DNA of 64,000 bases from assembly GCF_006345805.1 (NCBI RefSeq), contig NC_042998.1, positions 15,748,001-15,812,000 on the forward strand. The letters run 5' to 3'. Positions within the stretch are counted from its first letter, which is position 1; each line of letters opens with the position of its first letter. Under the pieces are notes generated by a model that did not search any database, had not been told where the DNA came from, and worked only from the letters and a program-made list of their open reading frames with translations. Position numbers and translations under genes: made by a program. This stretch comes from Octopus sinensis (Eukaryota). Positions 1-14,262 of the stretch are shown here, one piece after another.

Positions 1-69
1 ACTGTCAAACTCAGGTATAAATGCTATTTCGCCCCCCCCCCACACATACACTCACATCACGTAGATGCA

Positions 70-345
70 CAAGCACACACACGAAGAGAACGCACGAACA
101 AATGCACAAATAGAGATATGCATCTGCACTCACGAACATATATCGATGTCTACATATATGTCTGTGTATTAATCTATCAACCAACGTAGATTTATGGGTA
201 TATGTGCGTGTGTATGTGTGTATACATATGTGTGTGTGCGTGTATGTGTGCATGCGTTTGTATTTATGTATGTAAGTATATATGAATATGTATGTGTTTC
301 TGTGTGTGGAAGTAAACAAATACACACATGTAAAAATACATACAC

Positions 346-380
<35 letters not shown>

Positions 381-424
381 CATATATACATACAAACGCA
401 CACACACACACACATATATATATA
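70..424. repeat. Compound (CA)n/(TG)n/(TA)n microsatellite region
   Basis: Visible dinucleotide runs; the low-complexity YI/HT ORFs at 11-483 are read-through of these repeats. Confidence 0.9.
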
Positions 425-838
425 TACTCTCTCTTTACTCTTTTACTTGTTTCAGTCATTTGACTGCGGCCATGCTGGAGCACCGCCTTTAGTCGAGAAA
501 ATCGACCCGGGAATTATTCTTTGTAAGCCCAATACTTATTCTATCGGTCTCTTTTGCCGAACCGTTAAGTTACGGGGGCGTAAACACACCAGCATCGGTT
601 GTCAAGCAATGCTAGGGGGACAAACACAGACACACAAATATATACACACACACTTATATATATATACATATATACGACAGGCTTTTTTCAGTTTCCGCCT
701 ACCAAATCCACTCACAAGGCATTGGTCGGCCCGGGGCTATAGTAGAAGACACTTGCCCAAGATGCCACGCAGTGGGACTGAACCCGGAACCATGTAGTTG
801 GTTAGCAAGCTACTTACCACACAGCCACTCCTGTGCCT
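425..838 (-). mobile_element. tRNA-derived SINE, family A, full length
   Basis: Minus strand begins with a tRNA-like head (aggcacaggagtggctgtgtggtaagtagcttgctaaccaactacatggttccgggttcagtccca; A- and B-box-like), followed by cttgggcaagtgtctt, an internal (TA/CA) tract and the tail ggcggtgctccagcatggccgcagtcaaatgactgaaacaagtaaaagagtaaagag. Confidence 0.88.
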
Positions 839-992
839 ATATATATATAATTATAATAAAGTGTTATTTGCAACAAGTTGCTTAAACCACATACCGAAAA
901 TATTAGAAATAGCAGTTAAATAGGCTACTATTACTATTACTACAAAAATAAGTCTACACAAACAACAGTATTTGTTACAAATAAGTTAGTGT

Positions 993-1058
<66 letters not shown>

Positions 1059-1718
1059 GGAGAGAAAAAATAATAAGACAGAATGCTAAGCTGAAAGCAA
1101 ATTTTAATAAAAATGGATGTAAGAAAAATTTAAAAAAGGAAATCAAATCGGCTTTGATTGTACGGGAAATTTTCAAGATTTGGAAGGGAAAATTTTTATT
1201 TAAATGGAGGAAGGAAAAAAAATTCTTAATAATGCAAGCTCCACGGTGACCGTATTACTTTTTCTAGCATCCTATCTGGAAAAAATAGATACAAGCATCC
1301 TGTTTGACAAAAAATCCAGAATTGCATTTAAAGAGTATAGAATCCATAGAATTGTTTCCCCTTATTCACAGGAACTGGATAACTCCTACCTCATTTCTTG
1401 TTTTGTCACATAAACAGCCAGCCTTCTCAAACAAAACACTACACCAAAACACATTCCAAAGAAGTTTTTCCATGGAATAATATTGACCTCTTAAAGGATA
1501 AAGACACTACAATGTATTGGTATGCAAATTAATAATTTTTGTATATATTTATTATTATTTTGAAAAAAACATTGTAAATTTTTTTCCCCTTCTAAATCTT
1601 GAAAATTTGCCTTGCAATGAAAGTCGATTTGATTTCCTTTTTTAAAAATTTTTCTTACACCTATTTTTATTAAAATTTGCTTTCAGTTTAGCATTCTGCC
1701 TTATTATTTTTCATCTCC
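1059..1718. mobile_element. MITE/fold-back DNA element with ~140-bp terminal inverted repeats and TA flanks
   Basis: 1059-1200 is the reverse complement of 1575-1718 (roughly 85-90% identical by eye); ends read TA|GGAG...CTCC|TA; no ORF inside. Confidence 0.8.
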
Positions 1719-1763
1719 TATCATTTCTCCACGTGCAGTTACCACAACCCCACCAGTTACTGA

Positions 1764-1811
<48 letters not shown>

Positions 1812-2129
1812 ATACATGTGCTCCACAAGGTTTGAGGCGGTTGTAGGAACGCATATATAACAGTCCTAGATCAGGGTAATTTTAGTGCACCATCAATATA
1901 CATATTATAAGCTAATCTGCACAATTTGTTTTTCTAGATTGAAGGAGACGCTTGTACAACACTTTTAATTCACCTCCCAAGACAGTGCTTGACACGGTTT
2001 ACAAGTTTGCAGAATGTATGTGAAATCAATTTAAAAGCTCGCTATGCAATAAAGGTTTGTGTTAAACTGGCCCAAACCACTATAAGGACTTATGAATTGT
2101 GAATCGACTAGTATGAGCCGATTATTTGC

Positions 2130-2520
2130 TTTCCTGGAATAAGTGGCAAAGCAAAGCTGGTCCATCAAGATGTATATGGTGATCCTCAAATCCTGCAGCA
2201 AGGGCATCATCTTCATCAACTGGCCATGCCCTAACCAGACAGCCGGCAAAGGGTTCCTCGTAGATGTAGTAATGGAGACCAGAATGAGATTTCACCCTAT
2301 GAGCCCAGAGGATCAGTACCAGAACAATGCACGTTTCCAAAATTCCTTCTTAGTGACAGCCTACTAAAGAGGGATTGGCGTCAAGACTGTCTCAAATCTT
2401 CACTACAATCCAGATCTTCCTCCCCGTAACTTTTAGGTTCCCCAAGCTGAAGAACATAAAGGATCCTATAATAACTGTCCTGGACACTTTCGATTTAGAG
2501 GGCTTTCATCGCAGCTTTAC
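2130..2520 (+). pseudogene. Mariner (DD34D-type) transposase C-terminal relic
   Basis: Translation gives SKGIIFINW..PNQT, YQNNAR (HDNARPH-like) and HYNPDLPP.NF*.PKLK (PYSPDLAPCDFWLFPKLK-like), with stops and frameshifts. Confidence 0.7.
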
Positions 2521-3523
2521 ACGTGCATTGAAAGCCAGAGGATCTTATTCATAATGTGATGAGAATTTTATACAAATGTCTCTCCTTAAATAAAAAAACT
2601 CGAAACTTATGGAATGTAGCTCCTGTCACTCTCTATTTCTCACTCTCTCCCACTCTCACTCACTCTTTTTCTCGCTCTCCTTCTCTCTCCCTTTCTCTCT
2701 CTCCCGACGCACATTCGACATTGGCTAATACCTTTCTGTTGGTGATTAATTTAAATTTTATACCCGAATTTCAATTATCCTTTTTTTTCACATAAGAAAC
2801 TAGTTATAAAACTGCATAAAGATCCAACGAGGTTTAATACAATTAATAGTGTGATGTAAACATGTTTTTTCTCTAAATCATACCTTACTGAAGCAGATGC
2901 TGTTGCCCTAATAATAATGCTATATTTTGCATGTATCTACTAAACAATGCTTGATGTAAGCTCAAAACTGAGGTTCGTTCCACGTTGACACGTAACAGAA
3001 ATGCATATCCTACGAATAATTATATTGCTAGCACTGTATAACTGATATAACTGACATTTAACAACTTGTAGGGGATAGGGAACCCAACTGAAGATAGAAT
3101 ATACGAAGAAATACAATGCTGTACAGCTACAAAATAAAGCAATTTATTAATATGAAATTATACAAGATTTAGAGACATGTGGATGTTGTGTACTTTTAGA
3201 TTTGCAATCGAACTGTTCTTGGGGAAATGCTCAGAACGTGGATGTGTATTGTAATTTAAAATAATGGACTATTCTAATATACTCTGTCGTCTTTCGCTTC
3301 TTCTTTTGTTAGTTTAAACGCTGAGTGGGTGGGGCAGAAAAATGCAAGGGGTAATATATGCGATATAAAATTTCCAAAACCTATTTTGTGCTAGAATATT
3401 TTAAAGCAAAATCATAAACGTTAAAGAAACTCATTTGAAAACTATATCTTGCTTACCCGTAAACTGGGTATTTTTTAAATATCATATGGGTGAAAAAATC
3501 ACTGTGTAAACGAAATTGGAAGA

Positions 3524-3611
<88 letters not shown>

Positions 3612-5630
3612 TACATTTTGTCGCATGCACAATGATATATGATACAGCGATATAGATTTTTCAGATATATACATGATACTTTTGAAAAAGAAAAAAAGTT
3701 TCAATTTTGCAATTCTTACAGCTTTGCTTTTTCAAGATCAATTTATAAGAAGTATAGAGTAGATCTCCCGGAAATCGAAAAATGCAATCTTGAAAAACTT
3801 AATTTCCTTTAATCTCTGTCTGAGAATTATTTTCGGGGAAGACACGAGGAATATATCTCAAACCAATAACTACTTTCAAGAATGCTTTGCCATTATTGTG
3901 CAATGGCTTAGTTACGTAAATATTTTCTGGTCAATATGAAGTTATGTTCGCAGGTAGATTTCTCCAGATTACTTGGGACTTATCAATAACAAAGTATTAC
4001 ACGAGCATGTGGTTTAACCTCTCCTGCCTATGTCATGAGTTTACTGTAAAAGAAATATGTAATCATAGAACGTTTTACTTCATAATGTTGCCTACAGGAG
4101 TAATATAAGGGAATAGCCGCAATTGACCTTACACCTGGGCGGCTTTTGTTGAAACACAGTATGTTTTCTTATACGTTTAGTTCTTCTGTTGTGACGTCGT
4201 ATTTCTATACAACAAGATTTACGTTACCAGCAAGATTCTTTGACGTGAACATTTTAGGATGACATTAACACATTTTATAAGATCAAACCATTCACCCACG
4301 TTACTTTCGGCTAGTATGGATTTATATGATATATTGAGGCATTAAGTGCGATTTAAAGTCTGATAAATAGTAATTGTGTATAGGAAAATGCATGTATATA
4401 TCATGGTTCTTTCATTTGACATGAATTTAAGCTATGTCACTTGAAGGTAGAACTCTTTATTTCGCACAATAAATATCCAGAAAGAGAAATCGTGAATAGA
4501 TAAGACATTAATCTACAGACATCGTCAAACCTTTGCTGCACCAGCAATTACATTGTTGGACTACATTTGATCATAAGGCACAGAAAAAGAATAAGATAAA
4601 GTGGTACTTAGCCGGAAATCAACATGCAAGTTAAAATGAAGTCGAACCATACGGTATACCAGGTTGTTCAAATCGCGATTCTGTGACAGAATGCGTTTCC
4701 ATTGAACGCTTTTGCTCAATTTTATTTAAACGTATTCATCAAATATTACTAGCGCTTTGTCTCCGACAATTTCAAATATCAGAATTTGTCTCTACGATTT
4801 AACAAATATATGTTTCTTTTACTGGTCTTTTTACTTAAATTCAGATAACGAACAGTCTGTAATTAAATTGGCAGCAATAGAATAAAATATAGATTATATT
4901 TTTTATGATGACAGACGTCATTCTTATCAGAAAGGCAAGACAGTTGATAGATAATTCATATGTACAGTGATAAGAAATTGCAAACGATATTATCATAGTA
5001 CATACGTTAAGTATACATTTATTGAGAAAGTAATGCATATGGGATCGTGAAATTATTAAAGAGATTCTTTCTCGCTCTGACGTTAATGTTTTAAGTTCAT
5101 TTCTTTTTTATCTCACGCAACTTAGAATGAATAGATGTATATTCGAAAGTGTTACATGTGATAACATTTCGTGGATAGTTCCTTCTGACAAAGTGTTTTA
5201 ATGACAACGCTTACAAAAATTTTCTCCCTTTTTAGTATAGCTTCAAGAGAATATAGATGCTATTTCTAACGGGCCTAGTAAAATAAATCAAAAGTAAAAT
5301 AAAAAAAAGTAAAGGGAATTCTTGCTGGCATGTAAAAATCAATGTTAAGGAATGCGTGGTTTGGTGGCGTAGATGTACGCTTGCATTAACTATTGCCGTC
5401 AAAATCTTATAGAGAACGCTTGTGACAAAAGAAAAACAAATCATGGCTTCACAATGAATAGCTATGAGAAGGCAAGAACACGTCGTTTTTGACCGTGTTG
5501 GCTGCTATTTCTAGCATGTAAAAATTACCTGTTAAAGTGTAATTTTCTATTTTGAAATACGAATATGTTGTCCATTGACTTTTTATACATGCTAGGCCAC
5601 TGGTGGTTATATGTATAACGAGTATTCGCC

Positions 5631-5696
<66 letters not shown>

Positions 5697-5803
5697 CATA
5701 CATATATATATATATACAGATATATATACAGCTGTAAGACCTTCTATCTATAAATGCTCTAATATGCATACAGCCTTGGCTTTTTATCTTATTACGCAAA
5801 AAT

Positions 5804-5842
<39 letters not shown>

Positions 5843-6698
5843 ACTTTATGCCCTGACTAAAAAATATCTTGCTCAAGAGAATATAGAAGATCCAGTATGT
5901 AGAGACGACATAATAAATGTCACTATAACTAAGTATATTTGACTACTTTTGACAATACGTCTGTTTGTGGCTAGTTATAAATCTATGCAAGGTAGAACAT
6001 GTATTAATGTACAAATGAATAAGCTTTGTGCAACAGGTCACCTACAGAGGTAAGTTGTTAGAAATGTAGAGACAACCTGCGAAAGAGTTTATTAGAAATG
6101 ATAACTTGGCGATTGCTGACGAGAAATTGAGATGGGTTATAAGGACTACTACGAGACAGAATCAACACTATTAATTATCAACACATTCACGAAATGGAAT
6201 GCCAGAAACAATAGTATTCATTTGCAATATTATGTTTCAGTGTTCGAAATGGAATATGAATGGAAGTCGTTATTTTGGACTTATGCCCGAAGTGTTCGAG
6301 CTTAAACGAGTAATTTTGTTTGAAGAAATGAAATTATCATTTCTTATCGAGTTTATCTTCAAAGGATGTTATCTAAATTACAATGAAATTGTAACTGTAA
6401 CTATTAATCGAAATTCATTCATATTATTGTGATTTATGTAATGTAACACGATGCACAAATGCAGCAATGATACACCTGTGTCTCACATGTGATAGACAGG
6501 TCTCTTGTTTCTTACACATACACATCCATAATTTTACATATCGAATATAATATGAATACGTGTCTCATATGTATATGTTACAAGACTGCGCATATGGAAA
6601 ATTGTGTGAGCTTTAGTGATCGTGTATTTAAAAGAGATTACATGATTGCTAGAAAAATAAATATAGTTTGCTAAGTGAGTGTAGAATATGTATATATA

Positions 6699-6746
<48 letters not shown>

Positions 6747-6831
6747 ATATATATATATATGTATACATATGTATATATATATATGTAGATATATGTATAT
6801 ATATACATATATATATATATCTATATATCTA

Positions 6832-6863
<32 letters not shown>

Positions 6864-6877
6864 GATCTATATATCTA

Positions 6878-6929
<52 letters not shown>

Positions 6930-7095
6930 AATATATATATATTTATCTCTCTATATATCTATCTCTCTATATATATATATGTACTTATGTGTGCATGCAT
7001 GTATCTATGAATGTATGTGAGGGTATGAGGCTTGTGTTCGATTTTCTAAAACCGCATTGAATGCTTGAGCAACATACTCTGTTTCACGGTACTCC

Positions 7096-7253
7096 TATTT
7101 TCAAACGGTCAGCCGTACCACACTTTGTGTCACGCTGAATATTCCTCAGAAATACATTAAGCGGACGCGTGAATTTTGACTGGTCAGTCACTTAGATGCT
7201 ATTCCGTTGCCGAGATCAAGTGGAACCCACGTCGACGTAATCGACGGATTGCC
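7096..7253 (+). mobile_element. Degenerate 3' half of SINE family C
   Basis: Reverse-complement similarity to 36646-36900 and 44882-45060 (gtgtcacgctgaat...ttccgttgccgagatcaagtggaaccc). Confidence 0.65.
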
Positions 7254-7865
7254 ACTTATAAATATATGTGTGAGTATTAATGTAATTATCTATGCATGCA
7301 TATATAAATACATACATACATTATTACATGCACACTTAATTACATATGGCAGTTGGTTTTTTAAAACTTATTATGGTTTTAGAAAAGAAAACATGGAAGA
7401 TATGAAAAACAGATAAGCAGAAACTACGCGTCTTGCTTCTTAATATTTATTAAAGCAGAGCAAAGGCAGAATCGTTAACACGCTGCGCGTAGATGAAAAC
7501 TGTAAAATTAAACCGTTTTCGATAAGGGCTCAAACTGTACTCGAAGCAGTGACTTTTTATCATTAGTGTACACACACGCCCGCGCTATCACGCACGTGCA
7601 GACATAAGCACTATCTCACGTACACACACATGCATACATACATACAAACAAGCACACGCATGTAAAAGAACAATATCAAATACGGATTCTGACAATTTAT
7701 GTGACTATCGCAGTAGGCCCGTCCAACGGATTTGGACATCAGTTCATCTACTAATCAATGACAAAACAACTAAATTGACAGTGTCCGCCATATTAAAAAA
7801 ATCAAACAGTCCTGCGAATTAATCTCTATAGAGAGCATTATATAAAGTGTAAAGTTAGGAGTAAA

Positions 7866-7940
7866 GTCGAGAGTCCCAGATGAACCTACCGTCGAATGTC
7901 CCAGATAAACCTACAGTCAAGAGTCCCAGATGGACCTACC
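7866..7940. repeat. 3 x 25-bp tandem minisatellite
   Basis: Units gtcgagagtcccagatgaacctacc / gtcgaatgtcccagataaacctaca / gtcaagagtcccagatggacctacc. Confidence 0.9.
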
Positions 7941-7994
7941 TCACAGCAAGAGGTGTAAATGAGATAGCTACATCAAGCTCCATTCTTCACACTG

Positions 7995-8080
7995 TGCCAC
8001 ATATTGGAGGAGGCTCTCAGTAATAACAGTGTAGGAAAACGGCGGTGAAACAGCATGGCCGCAGCTCTGAGCTGAAACTA
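7995..8080 (+). mobile_element. Retroelement 3'-end relic sharing the SINE family A tail
   Basis: ggcggtgaaacagcatggccgcagctctgagctgaaac at 8041-8078 matches the tail motif at 449-487 (minus strand). Confidence 0.5.
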
Positions 8081-8750
8081 GAGACAACAAAATATATATG
8101 TCGTGAGTGTATGCTTATGTCTACGCGGGTGCGTGTGTATGTGTGTGTATGCGTGTTGCGTGTGTTTTGGTGCAATGCTAGTTTGGTAGAATGAAGATGA
8201 AGAATTAACAAACAAATAATAGCTTAGGTTTGATAGTGTCAAGTAAGTGTCAAGTAAGCACGGAGTCAGGTAAAATACGCCTTCGCATCACTGCATGCCT
8301 CTCGTATTATGGAACCGATAAAGGAAATAATACTATCGCTCCCAGTGTCAAATTGAAATGTTCGCTTCCTTTCATTGACTGATTCAGCTTGTTTTATGCA
8401 TTACTCTTCTGAGCTACTTTCTCATTAAAGATATCAATATGCTGAAATGTCTCACGCAATGTTAAATTGTAAGTTTATTTCAAATACTTGGATTTCAAAT
8501 TAAAGTAAACATCATGACGAAACGCAAATTTAAAAAGAGAAAATTCAACTCAAGTTGTAATCTTAATTCCTGAAACTCGACTTCACTTGACGCTCACCAC
8601 TTACGAACACGTTACTCTACGAACTCTGACGTTATTCAGCAAACGAAATACCCCTTACCGAAATGTTTTACAATATTATACTGCACCTTCTTACATCATA
8701 AATATAAGTTATGCTTTGTAAACTGAAAGCTTTAAAAATGTTCTGCTTAA

Positions 8751-8950
8751 CCCTTTTGTTACCAACCCGGCTGAAACCGGGTCTTGTTTTCATAAGTTTT
8801 GAATTAAAATCCTCCACCAAACCTTAGTCACAATTTATGTTCCTAACACTAGCTGAGTGATAACTAAGTTATTTTACTAAATTCTTTGTTATATTTAAAG
8901 TAATTGAAAGAAACACAGAGCATCTCAAAATAAATACAGTAATGAAAGGG
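8751..8950. mobile_element. piggyBac-type MITE, 200 bp
   Basis: TTAA|CCCTTTTGTTAC ... GTAATGAAAGGG|TTAA: TTAA target duplication (8747-8750, 8951-8954) and 12-bp TIRs with 2 mismatches. Confidence 0.85.
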
Positions 8951-9039
8951 TTAATCTTACCCCACCCCATGTCTTGGAGGTTTACTAGTAACAAATATTT
9001 AGCAAATGCTGTAGAAAAATCTTTTTCTCAATATTACAG

Positions 9040-9240
9040 AAGAACCGAAATATCTCATGTCGATGCTAATAACAGTACTTCTGTATGCAGATGATATTTG
9101 TAGGTTACTGCACCAGGATTTTAGGCTATATAGCTGATGCATGGAGGTACCTGAATTGCTCGAATGTGAGGGTTTTCCTTGCATGCTTCTTTTAAAATTA
9201 ATTCGCCGAGCGTTTATTTTCTATTGTCCTTGCCAAGCAT
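9040..9240 (+). pseudogene. Possible highly decayed LINE reverse-transcriptase fragment
   Basis: ataacagtacttctgtatgcagatgatatt translates to ITVLLYADDI (YADD motif); little other support. Confidence 0.35.
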
Positions 9241-11966
9241 CTCTAACTCATCTCGTGAAGAGGTGCATTAAACTGATTATATCAAGGTTTTCCACATTTT
9301 GCCATGGTTAAATAAATTAGATCGATATTGACTTAAATTTCTGACCGATTTCAGTACCAGTAATTTAAATCCGTGTTATTGAAGAAGTTATCTGATGAAA
9401 ATCTTATAAACTTCTAGATCTGGGAATGAAATAATCCATAGAATTTAATAAATACATATTCAAACATTTATTTTTCGATAATTTTGAAATTAACAATATA
9501 ATACTTCGATCAGAAATAGGAATACATCAATATTTTTCTCAATTCGACAACGGTTACATTTACATTTTAATTTATTACGTAGGCCATCTCTTGGATATGC
9601 TCTTATAGGATGCATCATTCTAACCAGTTAATGTGATGTACCCACTCATGTGATCCTTTTTTGTATAGATCTAGCTAGCATTTTAACGAGTCAGATACAC
9701 TCACAACAAAAGAGTTATAACAATGAAGAGGAATCTAAGATATTAGTTCAGAAATTTCGTACCATGTTAAGGCGATCTTTTCTTGATTTTAATTTTCTTA
9801 TGACAGGAGGATAGTCGTCTTGTCTTTTCAGTTTTTATTTTTCGTTCGTATAATTGCTCATAAGCTCAAAGGAATGCTGGTCATAGCATTTCAGCTTTAT
9901 TGCACCTAGCCTGCAGGGTGTAAGGTAATGTTGAATAACTACATTATAGTACTTACATTGCCGAGAAAAATATTTTGAAAACGAGAGAAAGGTTGTTGAT
10001 GGTAGCATATTTGCTCATAGTGGATTAGTTGTATATAAATTGACGGTATCATTGTTTTAAACGTAAGTGCAAATGCAGGTACAAGGGCACGAGTGTACGA
10101 GAATAATGCAAAATGGACATCTATCAAATTGCATATGTTGCTAGAATAATGCTTCTTCTAGAAAACCATTTCATGCTATTCTTCCCGGTCTCGTGTTCCA
10201 GAAGTAGAAACCTAGAGTCATTGAGTTCTTGACAAATGCGGGGTACAAAGTATCAGACATCAATTCAAGTCAAAGGGTTGATTAGAGATATGATATTATT
10301 GATGGAATCAGTGCTATTAGCTGGATTACGATATTTACAGAAAGGGAATCATGCATAGAAAGCACAATCCCCACCGATATGACAAATTGATTCTCTCCTT
10401 CAAATGGAATTAATTTCAGCGAAGTTAAATGTTTACGTTAGAAAACGTTCGTAGTAATCCAAAGTTTCAAAAATATTTTCTTCTTATGCATTGTGAATTG
10501 TTAAACCCTTAACTACTTAATACAGAAAACGGCCATTTAAGTTGCGCTGGTTAGTTTCCATATGCGTATATTTATAGTTTGAATGTGCAAAGCCAATTAA
10601 ATCAGAAAAGTGTCTCAAAATTACTTCATGTACTTCATTTTAATGAAGGCCAGTCACTAACAAAAAATCAAAATGAATTTAGCTCCTCTCAAGCCGATTT
10701 TATCTTCCAAGAATGTAACAACTAATGAACAAAATGCTTCAAATGATATCAATCTCCAGATAAACAACTGCAATTGCTCTCTGTTAATACATGATTTTGT
10801 TTGTAAACGGTTAACCTGCCGCCGAACATTGCGCTAAATACCTGTGCGTCGACAGATGGAACACTGACAATGGTCAGAGTTAAATAACGTTCTATTATAA
10901 CAGGACAACTAGAAGATGATTTAATTAATAATCGTTGTTCTATTTACGACTGCAATACTTATTTTCCGACTGAAGTCGATATAGATTTCCATCCAATTGT
11001 TCTATTTCTTCATTAGTAAATAATATATATAACTCAGTCTCTGTGCAGCGAAACACGCTATAAACAAATGACTTCGTCCTAGTAGAGTGCTTCCATAAAA
11101 TATCTTTACATTTTATCAATCGCTTCTAAGATGTTGTCTCCTGTAAGATAATTAAAGTAATGTGATATCTCCGCCATTAATTGCTTTGTACTAAGAAAAA
11201 CGGTCAGAACGGAATTGCCGTTTCTGTATACGAATATTAAGGACTACCAAGGACTACCAAAGAGAAAATAAAATGAATGTCTATAAATATGTGAAAGTTT
11301 TTCTTTAGTCTTTATTCGGTGAAGCTTAAACTTACTTCACGTAGGAAAAAGAGATAAAATCAATGTAGATGATGATATCCTTTGCTATAGAAAAAGGACA
11401 ACCATAAAAGAACATCTTATGATGTAACCACTCTTCGAAGCAAACCCCCTTTATTCGGCCCTCTGTAATGTAGAACACTTTTGTTGTTAGCTTATGTGCT
11501 ACATAGACATATACGTTAAGCAAGAATGAAGGGACGAACAATCAGATATCTGCAACAGTGATTGCAATCTCAACTGCATCGTTGCACCTTAAGCACTGTT
11601 CAACGCTTAGATTAGTCACAGTTCACAAAAGCCGTATGACTTACATGGCAAGAAACACAATGTTCACACAAAAGAAATTACTCTTGGTCTTAGATGGAAA
11701 TAAGCAGCTTACACAATACTTAAACAATTAGTGTAATCTGACTGCGGAGCAACAGTTTTCCCTGCCGCATCTAGAGGATACATTTTCAGATAATTTTAGG
11801 AGAATTAATTTCCATTGAGGCCGATTTCTTCTGCAGTGGCTTTACGTGATATTTGCTCACACTTGAAAAGTAATTTATGTGCAACCTTGACAAATGATTT
11901 GGAGAGGTAGTGCTAATGAAGACGGATAAGATGAAACACACTGGCTTACACCCGTATATGTCCTCT

Positions 11967-12198
11967 AGGCGGCGAGCTGGCAGAAACGTTAGCACGCCGG
12001 GCGAAATGCGTTGCCGTATTTCGTCTGCCGTTACGTTCCGAGTTCAAATTCCACCGAGGTCGACTTTGCCTTTCATCCTTCCGGGGTCGATAAATTAAGT
12101 ACCAGTTACGCACTGGGGTCGATGTAATCGACTTAATCCGTTTGTCTGTCCTTGTTTGTCTCCTCTGTGTTTAGCTCCTTGTGGGTAGTAAATAAATA
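11967..12198 (+). mobile_element. tRNA-derived SINE, family B, with 14-bp target-site duplication
   Basis: Head ggcggcgagctggcagaaacgttagc...gagttcaaattcc; direct repeat tatatgtcctctag at 11955-11968 and 12199-12212. Confidence 0.92.
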
Positions 12199-12589
12199 TA
12201 TATGTCCTCTAGAGTACATGACAAGATCTCGAAAATAGCGCTTACTCATTTGCTGAAGTCTAAAACGTCCTTCATACGCAATATGCAAAATAACACAATG
12301 GATGCACATGTTATTGACTTCAGTGCATACCTGAAAGATTCTTTATTCGATGATGATAAAAACACATATTTGTTACGACATGGATGTTGCAGTTAATAAC
12401 AATATCTTGGCAGCGTAATTTGCCGAACTGTTAATTCTGTTTGAGAAACCGTCAGATTCCTGTTGACACAAATTTAGTGAAGACAAAATACAATAAAGGT
12501 AATATAATACAATCATCTTCATCTCTCAAGTAATTGTATTGAAAGTTTATTCTACCCCTCACACAATAAGTAAATAGGTGTGTGTATAT

Positions 12590-12830
12590 GAAAGTGCCAT
12601 CCTGGTCCCAAAACAGCATACTGTGCTGGATATTAATGCCATCAATAAGCCACTTGTCTCAGTCTAATCTCATGTTTCAGTTAGGTTCACAATAACACAT
12701 AGCGCTGACGACGCTACCAATCCCAAAATTCCCCAGTCGTCAAATATCTTCAGCACTAATGATCCACTCAACACTCTACAACAGATTGTAGAGCACATAT
12801 TACGCTGCTGGGAAATTTGGAGCGGCGCAT
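12590..12830 (+). pseudogene. Possible decayed LINE RT fragment
   Basis: gctgacgacgctacc (ADDAT) with weakly RT-like flanking translation; many disruptions. Confidence 0.3.
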
Positions 12831-13651
12831 CAAATTATCTCTAAAGCTAAGTATAAACACCAACAATTTTTCACACAATGTTATGCATTTCACCATTGTA
12901 TCTGTTTGGGCCAAGTGTGATATTTTCGCTCCATGTATACATATTTTCTTCTTTGATACAAGAATTTATTCCAAGTATTTTCTCAGAGAAAATTCCTTTT
13001 TCAACTGTTTAGTTTTACTTGCTTTGCTTTCTCTATTTTCAGCTGTGCATTTTTTATACATGTGTTGCAAACGATTTTCTTGAATTACAAACTCAAATTA
13101 TATAAAAAAAATGCATCAACTACTATACAAACCTGAAAAACTTCAATTTAGAGTCGGATATTCATATCACTGAGTAACACCATTTTGGTTCTAAAGGTAC
13201 TATAACAGCTCTCAATCCACGAATTTGCTGCAACAATCTCTCTTGCTAAGTATTGAAAAGGAATTGAAAGCATTGGTACACAGGATAAAGAGGGTCAGCA
13301 CTATACCCTTAGTATTAAGCAGATTTTACAGCACAACATTTTTAGAAAATTCTTATGCGGATACTTATGTTATTTTTATGGAGATGTGGTATGAAAGAGA
13401 GAACAGTCGACGAATCGAGGGCAGCCACAGAACAAGAATTTAAAAGATGAGAAGAATATTTCTTCATGTTTGCCATTCCGTTGTTTCGCGTTGACTAGCA
13501 TTGATTTTAAAAAGAATGCAATCATATCAATTGTTTCTATCAAATCATGGAGATGAAAGTATTTTAATAAACACAGAGTTTATAAGCTTTCAATATGTGT
13601 ATATATTTTTGGGACGCCCTCTTCTTGTAAGCTCAAATTATGTTAGGTATA

Positions 13652-13842
13652 TACGAAGGGGTACTGAGAAGTTCTTGGCTTTAAGGGTTTTGTGTAAGGC
13701 CTGGTTGAAGTTCCTTTATAGATATTAGTAAAACTGCTGCAATAAATGTGTGAATCTGAGAAGGGGAATATATTCAATTATTAACTGATTCTCCCGTATG
13801 TTCTTCTAGCCAAAGCCAGAAACTTTGCACCCCACCCACTTA
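13652..13842 (+). mobile_element. Internally deleted mariner-derived element
   Basis: Left end ta|cgaaggggtactgagaagttcttggc; degenerate inverted right end gccagaaactttgcacccc; internal aaatgtgtgaatctgagaaggggaatat (KCVNLRGEY-like transposase C-terminus). Confidence 0.6.
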
Positions 13843-14223
13843 TATTATATTACATCGCGAGTGAGAGTGAGAGAGAGAGAGAGAGAGAGTGAGAGAGAAA
13901 GAGGGAAAGGGAGAGAGAATATGTGCGTGTGCGTGGCATAAATGCTAATTTCCAAGAAGTCTACATGCAATAATTTTAGCTGCAATTTTTTTCTCAGTAA
14001 TTCGCACTTCTAAGACATTATACTATATTTTTCCGCTCCAATACGTTCATACTTAACTAATAGTTCGATGGGAATACTTTTTAGTAGCTCTTACATTTAT
14101 ATGGATGTATGTATTCGATAGCGGTGGTACAAATCTGTTTGGTGTCTGATACAATATCAGTGTATGAAAATTACATGCTGCATACATCTAGAAGTATTTG
14201 GCTAGGAATCAGTGTTGCATAAA

Positions 14224-14262
<39 letters not shown>

